DNA from: Coleofasciculus sp. B1-GNL1-01
GTDB lineage: Bacteria > Cyanobacteriota > Cyanobacteriia > Cyanobacteriales > Coleofasciculaceae
Direction: 5' to 3' (one strand)
Length of the DNA: 64,000 nucleotides
Assembly (NCBI GenBank): GCA_040220235.1
Contig: JAVJTO010000060.1
The position numbers and the translations under genes are program-made. The notes under the pieces are model-generated. The model did no database searches, was not told the DNA's origin, and worked only from the letters and a program-made list of their open reading frames with translations. Below, piece after piece: positions 9,217-19,647 of the stretch (position 1 is the stretch's first letter; each line of letters begins with the position of its first letter).

Positions 9217-12200
9217 AACTCTATTTCCTTTCGACCTTTTCCTTCAGCAACGGAAGGGTGAGAAACTTGGGCGAGAGCTAAACGCATTGTTTCAATGCGA
9301 TGGCTCAAAAGCGCCACAGTCGGTTTCTCGAACAGACTGCGTAGGGGCAACTCCATCTGGAATGCTTCGCGCAAGTGAGAAATAACTTGGGTGGCTAGTA
9401 GAGAATGTCCTCCCAATTCAAAGAAGTTGTCGTGGATTCCTACCTTTTGCACACCGAGAACGGAAGCAAAGATGTTGGCGATTATTTCTTCACCTGGCGT
9501 GCGTGGTGCCACGTATTCACGTTCTCGGCTAATTTCTTCATCTGGTGCTGGTAAGGCTTTTCTATCTACTTTGCCGTTAGGTGTTAAGGGTAGGATGTCT
9601 AAGGTGACAAAGGCAGAAGGCACCATGTATTCTGGTAGCTTTGAAAAGAGGAATTCACGCAGTTGGTTGTTAGTGAGTGATTCATCTCTGGTAACTATAT
9701 AGGCAACTAAGCGTTTGTTACCAGCAATGTCCTCTGTTGCGATAACTACAGCTTGTTGGATTTGGGAGTGGGTGTTCAGGACGGCTTCAATTTCTCCGAG
9801 TTCGATGCGGAAGCCGCGAATCTTCACTTGATGGTCAATGCGATCGAGGAATTCGATGTTACCATCACTCAAGTAGCGGGCTAGGTCGCCCGTTTTGTAA
9901 AGGCGTTCTGATTTGGAGTTCGAGAAGGGGTTGGGGATGAATTTTTCTTGGGTTAGTTCGGGGCTGTTGAGGTAGCCTCTTGATAACCCAGCACCACCAA
10001 TATGCAGTTCTCCTGCTACTCCAATGGGGACGGGCTGCCCCTCGGCATCTAGGAGGTAGATTTGCGTATTAGCAATGGGACGCCCAATCGGCACTGTAGC
10101 TGATTCTAAACCCGTTGAGTTGCTCTCAACCTCAAAAGTCGTCACACCGACAGTCGCTTCTGTTGGACCGTAATGATTGATAATCTGGCAGTCTGGATTG
10201 TGCTGTTGTGTCTGCTCGATCAAATCCCAACTAGCCACTTCCCCTCCAAGAACTAATCGCTGACGGGGCAGAATAGACCTAGATGACGAGTTTGCCAAAA
10301 GGACAGCAAGGTGGGAGGGAGTAATTTTGAGACAGTCAATAGGATGGCGCTGGAAGTAATCGGCTAGAGCTTGGGGATCGGCAACTCGCTCAGAAGAAAC
10401 CACATGCAGACACCCTCCACTACAGAGGGAAGGGTAGATAACAGTGTTACCTAAATCAGCGGCAAAGGTAGAAACATGAGCAAAGCTGGAGCCTGCTGGC
10501 AAACTGAGTACGCCTTGGATGCTGTAGAGGTAGTTGAGAAGTTGCCGATGCTCGATCGCGACTGCTTTAGGTTTACCTGTAGAACCAGAGGTAAACAACA
10601 CATAGACTAAATTTTCACCTGTCACCTTGCTGGTCGGATTCTCGGAACTTTCCTGAGCAATAACGTCTGAGTCTGTGTCCAAGTATACTACCTTCGCTGA
10701 GTTCTCAGGCAGCTTCTCGACTAGCGACTGTTGTGTCAACAATATTGGTGTCTGAGCATCTTGCAACCGGAAAGCTAAACCTTCTTTCGGCAAAGCTGTA
10801 TCTAGGGGTAAGTAGGCTCCACCTGCTTTGAGAATACCGAGTATGGCGATGATTATATCAAGGGTTCGCTCTAAATAAATTCCCACTAACACTTCTGATT
10901 CAACACCCAAATTTTGTAGATAATGGGCTAGTTGATTGGCACGCTGGTTGAGTTTAGCATAAGTCAAGTGTTGGTCTTCAAATAAGACAGCAATATTATT
11001 GGGGGTTTTTTCTACCTGTGCTTCAAAGAGGTGGTGGATACACTTGTCTTGTGGATAATTAGTCTGCGTTTGGTTGAACTCGACCAGCAGTTGTTGTCGT
11101 TGGCGATCGCTCAGAATTTCTAACTCATTAACTTTAGCGTCTGGGTTCTTTAAAAGATTTTCTAGCAAGGTCTGAAACTGTCCCGCTAAACACTTTATAC
11201 TTTCTACATCGATTAGTTCAGGATCGTAGTGAAACTCTGCTGTAATGGACTCTTCTCTACGCATACAGGTGAGCTTTACTTTGAATCGCTCAAAGCAGAC
11301 ATACTGCTTCTCAATTGAAAATGAAACCTCACCTGCATCATATTTATAAAACCCTTCTTCAAATTCAAAACTTATGGGCAAGTTTACAAGATTATCTTTT
11401 GATCCTGTACTATCTTCCCAGAGGAAATATTCTTGCCATTTTTCGTGGTTACGTAAAGGTTCACTGATTTGCAATAAGACTTCAGTAAACTTAAAGTCCT
11501 TCTGGAAAGAACAATGGACAGGCAACCATTTTGCCGACAGCCCTAGTACATCTTGCAATTCTTCATATTTTCTGCCACTGAAGACAGTGCTGACGATAAT
11601 CTCTGACTGTCCTGTAATTCGCCAAATTAGCGTCTGCCAACAGGCGAATAAGAATTCAGCAACTGTGGTTTGGTGTAGAGTGGCGATTTTTTCGAGCTTC
11701 GCCACTACTTCTGGCTCAATCCTCAGGGCATAAACATCGGGTTCAAATCCCGTTTTTCCACTAGGCTTGCGCTCAAAAGGAAGGGTTAGCGCTGGAAGTG
11801 AACCTAAGTTTTGCTTGTGCCAGTACGCTTTTCCGAGTTCGGCATCTTCTTCTAATAATTCATTCTGCCATTCAGAAAATTGAATATATTGTACTGGTTC
11901 ATCAGTCAATTTCTCATTTTTCAAGCCTTTGCTGTAGATGTAACTCAGTTCTTTAACCAGATTTTTTAGCGTCCAGCTATCTGCACACAGTGATGGCAGG
12001 GTAATGAGCAAAATATGTTGAGTGGCTGACAGGCTAATTAGGGATGAGCGTAGAATAGAATCTTGCTCAAAATTGAAAATAAAGCACTTTTCTTTCTGAA
12101 ACAGTTCCTCAATTTTTGCTTGCTGTTCCTTTGGATCTGAATCACTCAGATTGAAGTAATTCCATAATGGGATGCCGCTATTGTGTATGACTTGAATAGG

Positions 12201-12428
12201 GAGTTTTATCCCAGGTTGCCGATAGAATGTTGTGCGAAGGATTTCATGGCGATTGACGACTTGCTGTAAAGCGTCTTCTAGTACTTCTGTTTTGAGTTTA
12301 CCTTCAATCCGAAGAACACACTGGGCACGGTAAACGAGATTATTGTGTTGTAATGACCACAGATGTTTTTGCTGTGGGGAGAGTCGAAAGCCTTGAATAG
12401 TTTGATTTTGCATTGTTTGATTTTGCAT
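9213..12428 (-). CDS. NRPS: interface (I) domain-A(Asp)-T
   Basis: C-like domain with LPSLCADSW instead of HHxxxDG; code DLTKVGHVGK; GGHSL; C-terminal tail GRKEIEL. Confidence 0.92.
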   Translation of the reverse strand: MQNQTMQNQTIQGFRLSPQQKHLWSLQHNNLVYRAQCVLRIEGKLKTEVLEDALQQVVNRHEILRTTFYRQPGIKLPIQVIHNSGIPLWNYFNLSDSDPKEQQAKIEELFQKEKCFIFNFEQDSILRSSLISLSATQHILLITLPSLCADSWTLKNLVKELSYIYSKGLKNEKLTDEPVQYIQFSEWQNELLEEDAELGKAYWHKQNLGSLPALTLPFERKPSGKTGFEPDVYALRIEPEVVAKLEKIATLHQTTVAEFLFACWQTLIWRITGQSEIIVSTVFSGRKYEELQDVLGLSAKWLPVHCSFQKDFKFTEVLLQISEPLRNHEKWQEYFLWEDSTGSKDNLVNLPISFEFEEGFYKYDAGEVSFSIEKQYVCFERFKVKLTCMRREESITAEFHYDPELIDVESIKCLAGQFQTLLENLLKNPDAKVNELEILSDRQRQQLLVEFNQTQTNYPQDKCIHHLFEAQVEKTPNNIAVLFEDQHLTYAKLNQRANQLAHYLQNLGVESEVLVGIYLERTLDIIIAILGILKAGGAYLPLDTALPKEGLAFRLQDAQTPILLTQQSLVEKLPENSAKVVYLDTDSDVIAQESSENPTSKVTGENLVYVLFTSGSTGKPKAVAIEHRQLLNYLYSIQGVLSLPAGSSFAHVSTFAADLGNTVIYPSLCSGGCLHVVSSERVADPQALADYFQRHPIDCLKITPSHLAVLLANSSSRSILPRQRLVLGGEVASWDLIEQTQQHNPDCQIINHYGPTEATVGVTTFEVESNSTGLESATVPIGRPIANTQIYLLDAEGQPVPIGVAGELHIGGAGLSRGYLNSPELTQEKFIPNPFSNSKSERLYKTGDLARYLSDGNIEFLDRIDHQVKIRGFRIELGEIEAVLNTHSQIQQAVVIATEDIAGNKRLVAYIVTRDESLTNNQLREFLFSKLPEYMVPSAFVTLDILPLTPNGKVDRKALPAPDEEISREREYVAPRTPGEEIIANIFASVLGVQKVGIHDNFFELGGHSLLATQVISHLREAFQMELPLRSLFEKPTVALLSHRIETMRLALAQVSHPSVAEGKGRKEIEL
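9313..9866. repeat. Near-identical copy of 19744..20297 (end of A domain plus T); partial third copy at about 16533..16803
   Basis: Long identical DNA stretches, e.g. gtggctagtagagaatgtcctcccaattcaaagaagttgtcgtggattcctaccttttg at 9391 and 19822. Confidence 0.85.
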
Positions 12429-12444
12429 TTTTTGTTCAAATCCT

Positions 12445-15400
12445 TTAAATGTTTTTACTAGAAATCATTTCTCCCATTGCCACTACAATTTTGCGTGAAC
12501 CAACGTAGGGATTTCGCCCATGAGCAATTAACATATTATCTAGCATCAATATGTCTCCTTGCTGCCAAGGGAAGCTGACTTTAGCTTCTTGATAAACTTC
12601 TCCAATTTCTGCCATGACTGAGTCTTCAATGGGAGAACCATCACCGTAATAGACATTGCGCGGTAGATTTTCTTCCCCAAGCGTTGATAGTAGAGATGCC
12701 TTAATAGCTGGCTCTAGGCATGATATATGGTGTAATTGCACTTGATTAAAAAATAATGACTCTCCTGTTTTGGGATGTTGAGAAATTGCTGGTCGCACTT
12801 TGCGGATTCTTAGGCTATTACCTGAGAGCCACTCGAAATCAATGCCAGACTGACGACAATAATTTTCGACAGCTATTTTGTCAGTGGTGTGAAAGAAATC
12901 TTGCCAACTTACATCTAGACCTTCGATGTAGTTGCGGACATACATTAATTGTTTTTGCTTGAATCTTTCTCGTAGTTTTGGATTGAGACGTTGATAGACT
13001 TTGCGGCAGTCAACAATCGGAGTTTCTCCACCTTGGTGCGCTGGCTGCACGCAGAAAAACCAAATTTTAAGGGGCCACTGGTGCATGTGGGAACTTTCGT
13101 TATGGAAGAGAATGGCTTGGTTAGAAGGATAAGGGGTAGAACCATAGACTCTGCCACTGATGCCTTCCCTAGGTAAGTCACCATACTCACCAAACAACTT
13201 GGGACAAATAGCACTGGCTACTTTTTCAAATTCAGGTACTGACTTGACATTGAATCCTCGGAAGAGAATTGCACCGTGTTGCAGCAAATTAGTTTCAATG
13301 AATTCGCGTTTGTTAGTTGCCCAGTCAGCTAGGTCAATATCATCTCCATCGGGTTGAATAACATAAGGGAGGTTTTGTCCAGGCTGGAGATAATCTGTTT
13401 TGATTAACTCTTTTTGGGGTAGGCTAACAGTCTTAGGCTTGATAGTTTTGAATTTCTTGAACTGCGCTTTTTCACGCTGATTTGTTTCAGCAATTTGTTG
13501 CTGCTTTTCAGATTCACTAAGCATTTCTAAGGTATTAATTCTGGTATCGGGGTGTTGGGCAATGCTGTGTAGCAGCGTCTGAAAGTGAGCTGACAGACGG
13601 GTAATCGCCTCAGCTTCAAATAGGTCAGTGCGGTATTTCCAATTGCCAACGATTCCTTGCTCTGTGTCTTGCATAAAGAGAGCTAAATCAAATCTGGCTT
13701 TATCGCTATTGACTTCTATTGAGGTGAGAGTCAGACCTGAAAACTCCACAGCAGGCATAGGAGTATTCTGGAGGACAAATAACACCTGAAATAGGGGGGT
13801 TTTACTTGTAGCCCGGTCTGGACGCAAACTTTCTACCAATTTGGCGAAAGGCAAATCTTGATGAGCATAAGCTCCTAAGCAGACTTCCTGCACTCTTTTT
13901 AGTAGTTCTCGGAAGGTGGGGTTACCAGACAAGTCACTGCGCAATAACAGGAGGTTGATAAAAAATCCTATTAGGGGTTCTATTTCAGCTCGATGGCGAC
14001 CGGCAACATCAGTACCAACTATAATGTCATCCTGATTGGTGTAGCGGTACAGTAGTGTCTGAAAAGCTGCCAGTAAAGTCATAAACAGGGTTACCCTTTG
14101 TTTGCGACTCAGTGTTTTGAGTTGTTGAGACAGGTGAGTTGATATTAGGAAGGATTGAGCTACAGACTCCTGTTTTCTGGTAGTTAGAGGGGGAGGGTCT
14201 GCTATTTTCTGTAAATTCAGTGTAGCGGGAGCACCCGCCAGTTGTTGCCGCCAGTAAGAAAGCTGGTTTTCCAGTACTTCTCCTTGTAGCCACTGACGCT
14301 GCCAGACTGCAAAGTCTGTATACTGGATGGGAAGCTCTGGTAGCGGAGAGGGCTGACCTTGAGAGAATGCCTCATAGAGTGTTGCCAGTTCTGTTATCAA
14401 CACTCCCATAGACCATCTATCAAAAATAATGTGGTTTGTACTGAACAGTAGCACATGTTCCTGCTCATTTAGTTTTAGCAGCTTTACTCTCAGCAACGGG
14501 TCTTGAGCTAAGTCGAATAATTTTTGACTCCACTCATTGGCTAACCGCTGGACTTCACTCTTCTGCTCAGCTTCTGGCAACTGGCACAAGTTCACTACCG
14601 ACAAACTAATATCTAAGGATGGGGCGATCCGCTGAATGGGTTGTCCCTCAACAACAGGAAATGTAGTGCGAAAGACTTCATGACGACGCACAATTTCGTT
14701 GAAGGCCTGCTCCAGTGCTGCTACATTGAGTAAACCAACTAGACTTACAGCGTCTAGTTCGTTATAGCTACCTGAGTCTAGTTGCTCTAGAAACCACAGC
14801 CGCTGCTGAGCAAAAGACAGGGGTAATTTGCCATTTCGTGAGACGCGCTTGATGGATTGCTCGAAGTCTTTCTGGAGCACTTTTGTTGTCTGGAAGTTAG
14901 AAGGGGGATAGCCTCCAACTTCTGGAGATTGGCAATGAGCGATAAGCGATCGCAACGCTTCGATAAAACTCTGTGCCAGGTTCTCAATCGTAGCTCGCTG
15001 ATGAATTGCCTCACTGTAAGTCCAATCGAGTCGTAGCTGACCTCCAGCAACAATCCCGTTAATATCTAATAGATGGCTGCGACTTCCCCGCAAGCTAAGT
15101 GCTTGTCCGCTAGGTTCTCGAGCTGGTACAAACAGAGATGACTCCTGGAATACCTGGTCAGTCTGGCCCAGATAATTAAACGCGATTTCAGCTTGAGGCT
15201 GATGCTGCCAAGACGTTGTCTCCTCACCCTTGAGATAGCGTAAAACGCCATAGCCAATTCCTCGATTTGGAATACTTCTGAGCTGTTCTTTAATCGTCTT
15301 TAAAGCATCTCCCGGACTAGCAGATTCCTCGATATCCAGCAAAACGGGGAAGATAGTAGTGAACCAGCCCACAGTACGTGATAGGTCTACATCATCAAAG

Positions 15401-18400
15401 ATTTCCTCCCGTCCGTGACCCTCAAGGTCAATTAGCAGTGAGTACACCCCTGTCCACTGGGCAAAAGCTTGTACCAGCGCTGTAAGCAGTACATCATTAA
15501 TTTGAGTCTGATAAGCTGCCGGTACTTCCTGTAGCAATGCTTGAGTTTCTTCCTTGCTCAGAGCTACCGACACATTCCTCGCTTTAGCCACAGTATTATC
15601 GCCTTCAGGAAAGTCTACTGGGATGTGGGCAATTTGCCGACGAGACTCCCTCAGCCAGTAATCCAACTCTTGTTGTAGTGCTTCAGATTGGGCGTACTCC
15701 CTTAATCTTTCCGCCCAATACTTGAACGAGGTTGTTTTAGGTGACAACTGAATCTCTTTGCCCTGACTGAGTTGTTGGTAGGCACTCTGGAGGTCTTCTA
15801 ACAAAATCCGCCAAGAGACACCATCAACGGCTAGGTGGTGGATGACCAACAGCAAGCGGTCAGGCTTGTTGGCACCTAAGTTAAAGTAGGCTACCCGCAC
15901 CAGTGGTCCTGAGGATAGATTGAGGCTGGCTTGTAGTTCAGTCGCAGCTTTCGATATGGCTAGCCCTCGTTCTGTCTCTGAAACCGTTGACAAATCTAGC
16001 AGAGTAAATGGCGTTAACTCATCAGGGTTAACCTCAAGCTGCTGCCAGTCTGTTTCCTGGTGAACAAAGCACAGGCGCAGAGCATCGTGGTGTTCGAGCA
16101 GTTTCTGCACTGTCTGCTCCAACAGTGCCGGGTCAAGTGCTTGCCGAACTTCCAGTAAAATTGATTGATTCCAATGATGAGACTCAGGAAGATTTTGCTC
16201 AAAGAACCAGTGCTGAATAGGAGTTATAGGCACTTTACCTGTCACCAACCCCTGTTGAGCTTGAATAACTCGGTTCGTGGCAGCCACTGCTGCTAGTTCG
16301 GCAATTGTCTGGTGTTCAAACATCTGCTTGATTGTCAGATTCAGACCAGTCTGGTTTGCTCTAGCGACGATCTGGATACTGAGGATGGAATCCCCACCTA
16401 AGTCAAAGAAATTATCGTGTACTCCTATCTTTTCGAGTCTGAGAACCTTAGCCCAAATTTCAGCTAGGACTTTCTCAACAGTAGTACGAGGTGCTACAAA
16501 AGTTTCTTCCTCCTCAGATCTGGTTAGATCGGGTGCTGGTAGTGCTTTTCGGTCTACTTTGCCGTTGGGTGTTAAGGGTAAGGTGTCTAAGGTGACAAAG
16601 GCATTTGGCACCATGTATTCGGGTAGCTTTAAAAAGAGAAATTCACGCAGTTGCTTAGTAGTGAGTGATTCATCTCTAGTAACGATATAGGCAACTAAAC
16701 GTTTGTTACCAGGAAGATCTTCTCTGGCAATAACTACAGCTTGTTGGATTTGGGAGTGAGTGTTGAGGAAGGATTCGATTTCTCTGAGTTCGATGCGGAA
16801 ACCCCGAACTTTCACCAGGCGATCGAGGCGACCAAGAAACTCAATTGTTCCGTCCGTTCGGTAACGCACGCGATCACCCGTTTTGTAAAGACGCGCTCCT
16901 GGTGTTTCACTAAATGGATCGGGAATAAACGCCAGTGCTGTGAGTTCCGGTCGGTTTAAATAACCTCTAGCGACACCAACTCCTCCGATGTAAAGTTCTC
17001 CTGGAACACCTACTGGCACTGGCTGTAAGTATGGGTCGAGGATGTAAGTCTTGGCATGGCTAATTGCTTTGCCGATGGGCAGTTCTTGCCCTGAAATATC
17101 GACATCTGTAAGATCTGACAAGTCAACAGCGGTCGTCACGATGGTTGCTTCTGTAAGACCGTAGGTATTGACCAGGCGTACCCTTCGATCGACCTGCTGC
17201 TGCCAGGTAGTGAGTCGCTTTGGCAACGCTTTTTCACCGCCAATAATGACCAAGCGCACACAATCCGGTAAGGTCAAATTCAGGGCTGGCAATTCAGCAA
17301 CCATTTGATGCCAGAATGCAGTGGGTAAGTCGAGTACCGTCAGTTGCCAATCGTCGCAACATCGGAGAAATGCTGGGATGGAACTCAACATTTCGTCGGT
17401 TCGCAAGACTAGCATTGCTCCTCGTGCCAGACAGGGAAAAATTTCTTCAGCAGCAGCATCGAAGCTGATGGACGCAAATTGCAAAATGCGATCGCTAGAA
17501 GAAATCGCGTATTCAGCCATCGCCGCCTGAGTATAATTCACCAACGACTGGTGTTGAATCATGACTCCCTTGGGTTTGCCGGTGGAACCAGACGTATAGA
17601 TCGCATAAGCCAGGTTCTCAGGTCGAGTGTGGCTAACTGGATTTTTGCGGCTTTCCTGTGCAATCAACGTCCAGTCTGCATCCAAGCAAACCACAGACGA
17701 TTTGAGATCGGGAAGCCTTGCGACTAAAGCCTCCTGAGTGAGCAGAACCGACACCTGTGAATCTGATAAAAGAAATCGTTGACGCTCTTGAGGATAGGCT
17801 GGGTCTACAGGCAGATAGGCTCCTCCTGCTTTGAGAATTCCTAGCAATCCCACGACCATCTCTAAGGAACGTTCTACACAGATTCCCACCAGTACCTCTG
17901 GTTTTACGCCAAGCTTTTGCAAATGATGCGCTAGCTGATTGGCTCTGACGTTTAGTTCTCGGTAGGTTAGCTGTTGCTCTTCAAATACTACCGCTACTGC
18001 ATCCGGTGTTCTCTCTACCTGCTTCTCAAATAACTGATGAATACATTTCTCTAAGGGATATTCACTCTCGGTCTCATTCCACTTCACCAACAACTGATGA
18101 CGTTCTGCTTCACTCAACAAGGGTAATTCAGCTACAGTTTGTTGAGGATTTTCTACAATGGCTGATAACAAGTTCTGAAAATGAGCTGTCATGCGCTCAA
18201 TGGTTGACCCATCAAACAAGTCAGTATTGTATTCCCATTCGCCCACTAATCCCTGAGTCGTTTCAGTCATTGACAGGGTTAAATCAAACTGAGCAATTGT
18301 GCTTTCCCGCTCTAAGGGAGTCAACGTCACACCGGGTAACTCTACTTCCCCCATCGGTGCATTCTGCAAGATAAACATCACCTGAAACAGAGGAGAATGA

Positions 18401-19647
18401 CTCAAGGAGCGTTGGGGTTGCAAGGCTTCTACTACTTGCTCAAAAGGCACGTCCTGATGTTCGTAGGCTTTGAGTGTGGTTTCCCTAACTTGTGCCAGTA
18501 AGTCCTTGATCCTGGGATTATCTTCAAAACGGGTTCTCAACACCAAAGTATTCACAAAAAAGCCAATCAAAGATTCAATTTCACGGCGGTGGCGATTGGC
18601 TATAGGAGAACCCATTAAAATATCTGATTGACCGCTATAGCGATAGAGTAAAGTGGCAAACGCCGCCAACAGGGTCATAAATAAAGTTGTCCCCGACTCC
18701 CGAGACAGGGTTTGCAACTTTTGGGTTAAATCAGTATTTAAAGTAAAACTGTGAGTCGTCCCTCGGTAAGTTTGCACAGTTGGACGAGGGTGGTCAGTCG
18801 GTAATTGTAACAATTCTGGCGCACCCTGCAATTGAGAAAGCCAGTAATTGAGTTGAGCTTCTAGTACCTCTCCACTCAACCACTGTCTTTGCCAAATGGC
18901 AAAGTCGGCATACTGGATTGGTAATTCGGCTAAGGGAGATGGTTCTCCTGCACCAAAAGCTTGATATAAACTAGACAGTTCTTGGATAAATACACCCATC
19001 GACCAACCATCAGAGATAATATGGTGCATTGTCAGTAACACTACAGATTCTGTTGCTGATAGCTGCAACAAACTGCACCTAATTAAGGGTGCTATCTCCA
19101 AGTTAAAGGGGGTAATGGCTTCTTGTTGTGCTTGTTGGTGTAGGACAGTTTCTCGTTCTGTTACTTCTAGTGGCTCTAAGTCCACCACATTTATCTTCAG
19201 GGTGGCTTCTGAGTGAATTACCTGTATGGGTGTGCCGTTAACAGTTTGGAAGCTAGTGCGTAGTACTTCGTGGCGGCGTACTATTTCTGATAAGGCTTGT
19301 TGCAGGGCATTAACATCCAAGTTACCACTGAGGCGGACTGCCCCTGGTATGTTGTAAGTGGCACTTGACCCTTCCAGTTGGTTGAGGAACCACAGTCGCT
19401 GCTGGGCAAAGGACAGGGGTAAATCTGTATCCCTTGGGACAGGCAGAATTGGCTTAATACTAAAACTTGAGGCAAAATCAGTTTTTTTCAAAAATTCGAT
19501 TATTTCTGATTTGCGCTCTCGTAGCTGAGACTTCAGAGTCGGTGTCAGCGTTCCTTCAGGGGCATTATAATGTAGCTGCTCACCATCAACCCAGAACCTT
19601 ACGTCTAGACTTTGAAAGCAAGATAAGAATTCATCAATGGGTTTCAT
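12445..19647 (-). CDS. NRPS: docking-C-A(Lys-like)-T-E-C-fused Fe(II)/2OG beta-hydroxylase (TauD family)
   Basis: HHIISDGW; code DAEDIGTIVK; GGDSI; E domain HHLAVDGVSW/EGHGRE; second C NHIIFDRW; TauD FHNESSH...DNMLIAHGR. Confidence 0.92.
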   Translation of the reverse strand: MKPIDEFLSCFQSLDVRFWVDGEQLHYNAPEGTLTPTLKSQLRERKSEIIEFLKKTDFASSFSIKPILPVPRDTDLPLSFAQQRLWFLNQLEGSSATYNIPGAVRLSGNLDVNALQQALSEIVRRHEVLRTSFQTVNGTPIQVIHSEATLKINVVDLEPLEVTERETVLHQQAQQEAITPFNLEIAPLIRCSLLQLSATESVVLLTMHHIISDGWSMGVFIQELSSLYQAFGAGEPSPLAELPIQYADFAIWQRQWLSGEVLEAQLNYWLSQLQGAPELLQLPTDHPRPTVQTYRGTTHSFTLNTDLTQKLQTLSRESGTTLFMTLLAAFATLLYRYSGQSDILMGSPIANRHRREIESLIGFFVNTLVLRTRFEDNPRIKDLLAQVRETTLKAYEHQDVPFEQVVEALQPQRSLSHSPLFQVMFILQNAPMGEVELPGVTLTPLERESTIAQFDLTLSMTETTQGLVGEWEYNTDLFDGSTIERMTAHFQNLLSAIVENPQQTVAELPLLSEAERHQLLVKWNETESEYPLEKCIHQLFEKQVERTPDAVAVVFEEQQLTYRELNVRANQLAHHLQKLGVKPEVLVGICVERSLEMVVGLLGILKAGGAYLPVDPAYPQERQRFLLSDSQVSVLLTQEALVARLPDLKSSVVCLDADWTLIAQESRKNPVSHTRPENLAYAIYTSGSTGKPKGVMIQHQSLVNYTQAAMAEYAISSSDRILQFASISFDAAAEEIFPCLARGAMLVLRTDEMLSSIPAFLRCCDDWQLTVLDLPTAFWHQMVAELPALNLTLPDCVRLVIIGGEKALPKRLTTWQQQVDRRVRLVNTYGLTEATIVTTAVDLSDLTDVDISGQELPIGKAISHAKTYILDPYLQPVPVGVPGELYIGGVGVARGYLNRPELTALAFIPDPFSETPGARLYKTGDRVRYRTDGTIEFLGRLDRLVKVRGFRIELREIESFLNTHSQIQQAVVIAREDLPGNKRLVAYIVTRDESLTTKQLREFLFLKLPEYMVPNAFVTLDTLPLTPNGKVDRKALPAPDLTRSEEEETFVAPRTTVEKVLAEIWAKVLRLEKIGVHDNFFDLGGDSILSIQIVARANQTGLNLTIKQMFEHQTIAELAAVAATNRVIQAQQGLVTGKVPITPIQHWFFEQNLPESHHWNQSILLEVRQALDPALLEQTVQKLLEHHDALRLCFVHQETDWQQLEVNPDELTPFTLLDLSTVSETERGLAISKAATELQASLNLSSGPLVRVAYFNLGANKPDRLLLVIHHLAVDGVSWRILLEDLQSAYQQLSQGKEIQLSPKTTSFKYWAERLREYAQSEALQQELDYWLRESRRQIAHIPVDFPEGDNTVAKARNVSVALSKEETQALLQEVPAAYQTQINDVLLTALVQAFAQWTGVYSLLIDLEGHGREEIFDDVDLSRTVGWFTTIFPVLLDIEESASPGDALKTIKEQLRSIPNRGIGYGVLRYLKGEETTSWQHQPQAEIAFNYLGQTDQVFQESSLFVPAREPSGQALSLRGSRSHLLDINGIVAGGQLRLDWTYSEAIHQRATIENLAQSFIEALRSLIAHCQSPEVGGYPPSNFQTTKVLQKDFEQSIKRVSRNGKLPLSFAQQRLWFLEQLDSGSYNELDAVSLVGLLNVAALEQAFNEIVRRHEVFRTTFPVVEGQPIQRIAPSLDISLSVVNLCQLPEAEQKSEVQRLANEWSQKLFDLAQDPLLRVKLLKLNEQEHVLLFSTNHIIFDRWSMGVLITELATLYEAFSQGQPSPLPELPIQYTDFAVWQRQWLQGEVLENQLSYWRQQLAGAPATLNLQKIADPPPLTTRKQESVAQSFLISTHLSQQLKTLSRKQRVTLFMTLLAAFQTLLYRYTNQDDIIVGTDVAGRHRAEIEPLIGFFINLLLLRSDLSGNPTFRELLKRVQEVCLGAYAHQDLPFAKLVESLRPDRATSKTPLFQVLFVLQNTPMPAVEFSGLTLTSIEVNSDKARFDLALFMQDTEQGIVGNWKYRTDLFEAEAITRLSAHFQTLLHSIAQHPDTRINTLEMLSESEKQQQIAETNQREKAQFKKFKTIKPKTVSLPQKELIKTDYLQPGQNLPYVIQPDGDDIDLADWATNKREFIETNLLQHGAILFRGFNVKSVPEFEKVASAICPKLFGEYGDLPREGISGRVYGSTPYPSNQAILFHNESSHMHQWPLKIWFFCVQPAHQGGETPIVDCRKVYQRLNPKLRERFKQKQLMYVRNYIEGLDVSWQDFFHTTDKIAVENYCRQSGIDFEWLSGNSLRIRKVRPAISQHPKTGESLFFNQVQLHHISCLEPAIKASLLSTLGEENLPRNVYYGDGSPIEDSVMAEIGEVYQEAKVSFPWQQGDILMLDNMLIAHGRNPYVGSRKIVVAMGEMISSKNI

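Noticed and set aside
12399..12428. Tandem duplication giving MQNQT-MQNQT
   Set aside because: A trivial 15-bp duplication that only makes the start codon ambiguous
17150..17170. A5 motif YGLTE instead of YGPTE
   Set aside because: Single substitution with all other core motifs intact; no basis for calling the domain inactive
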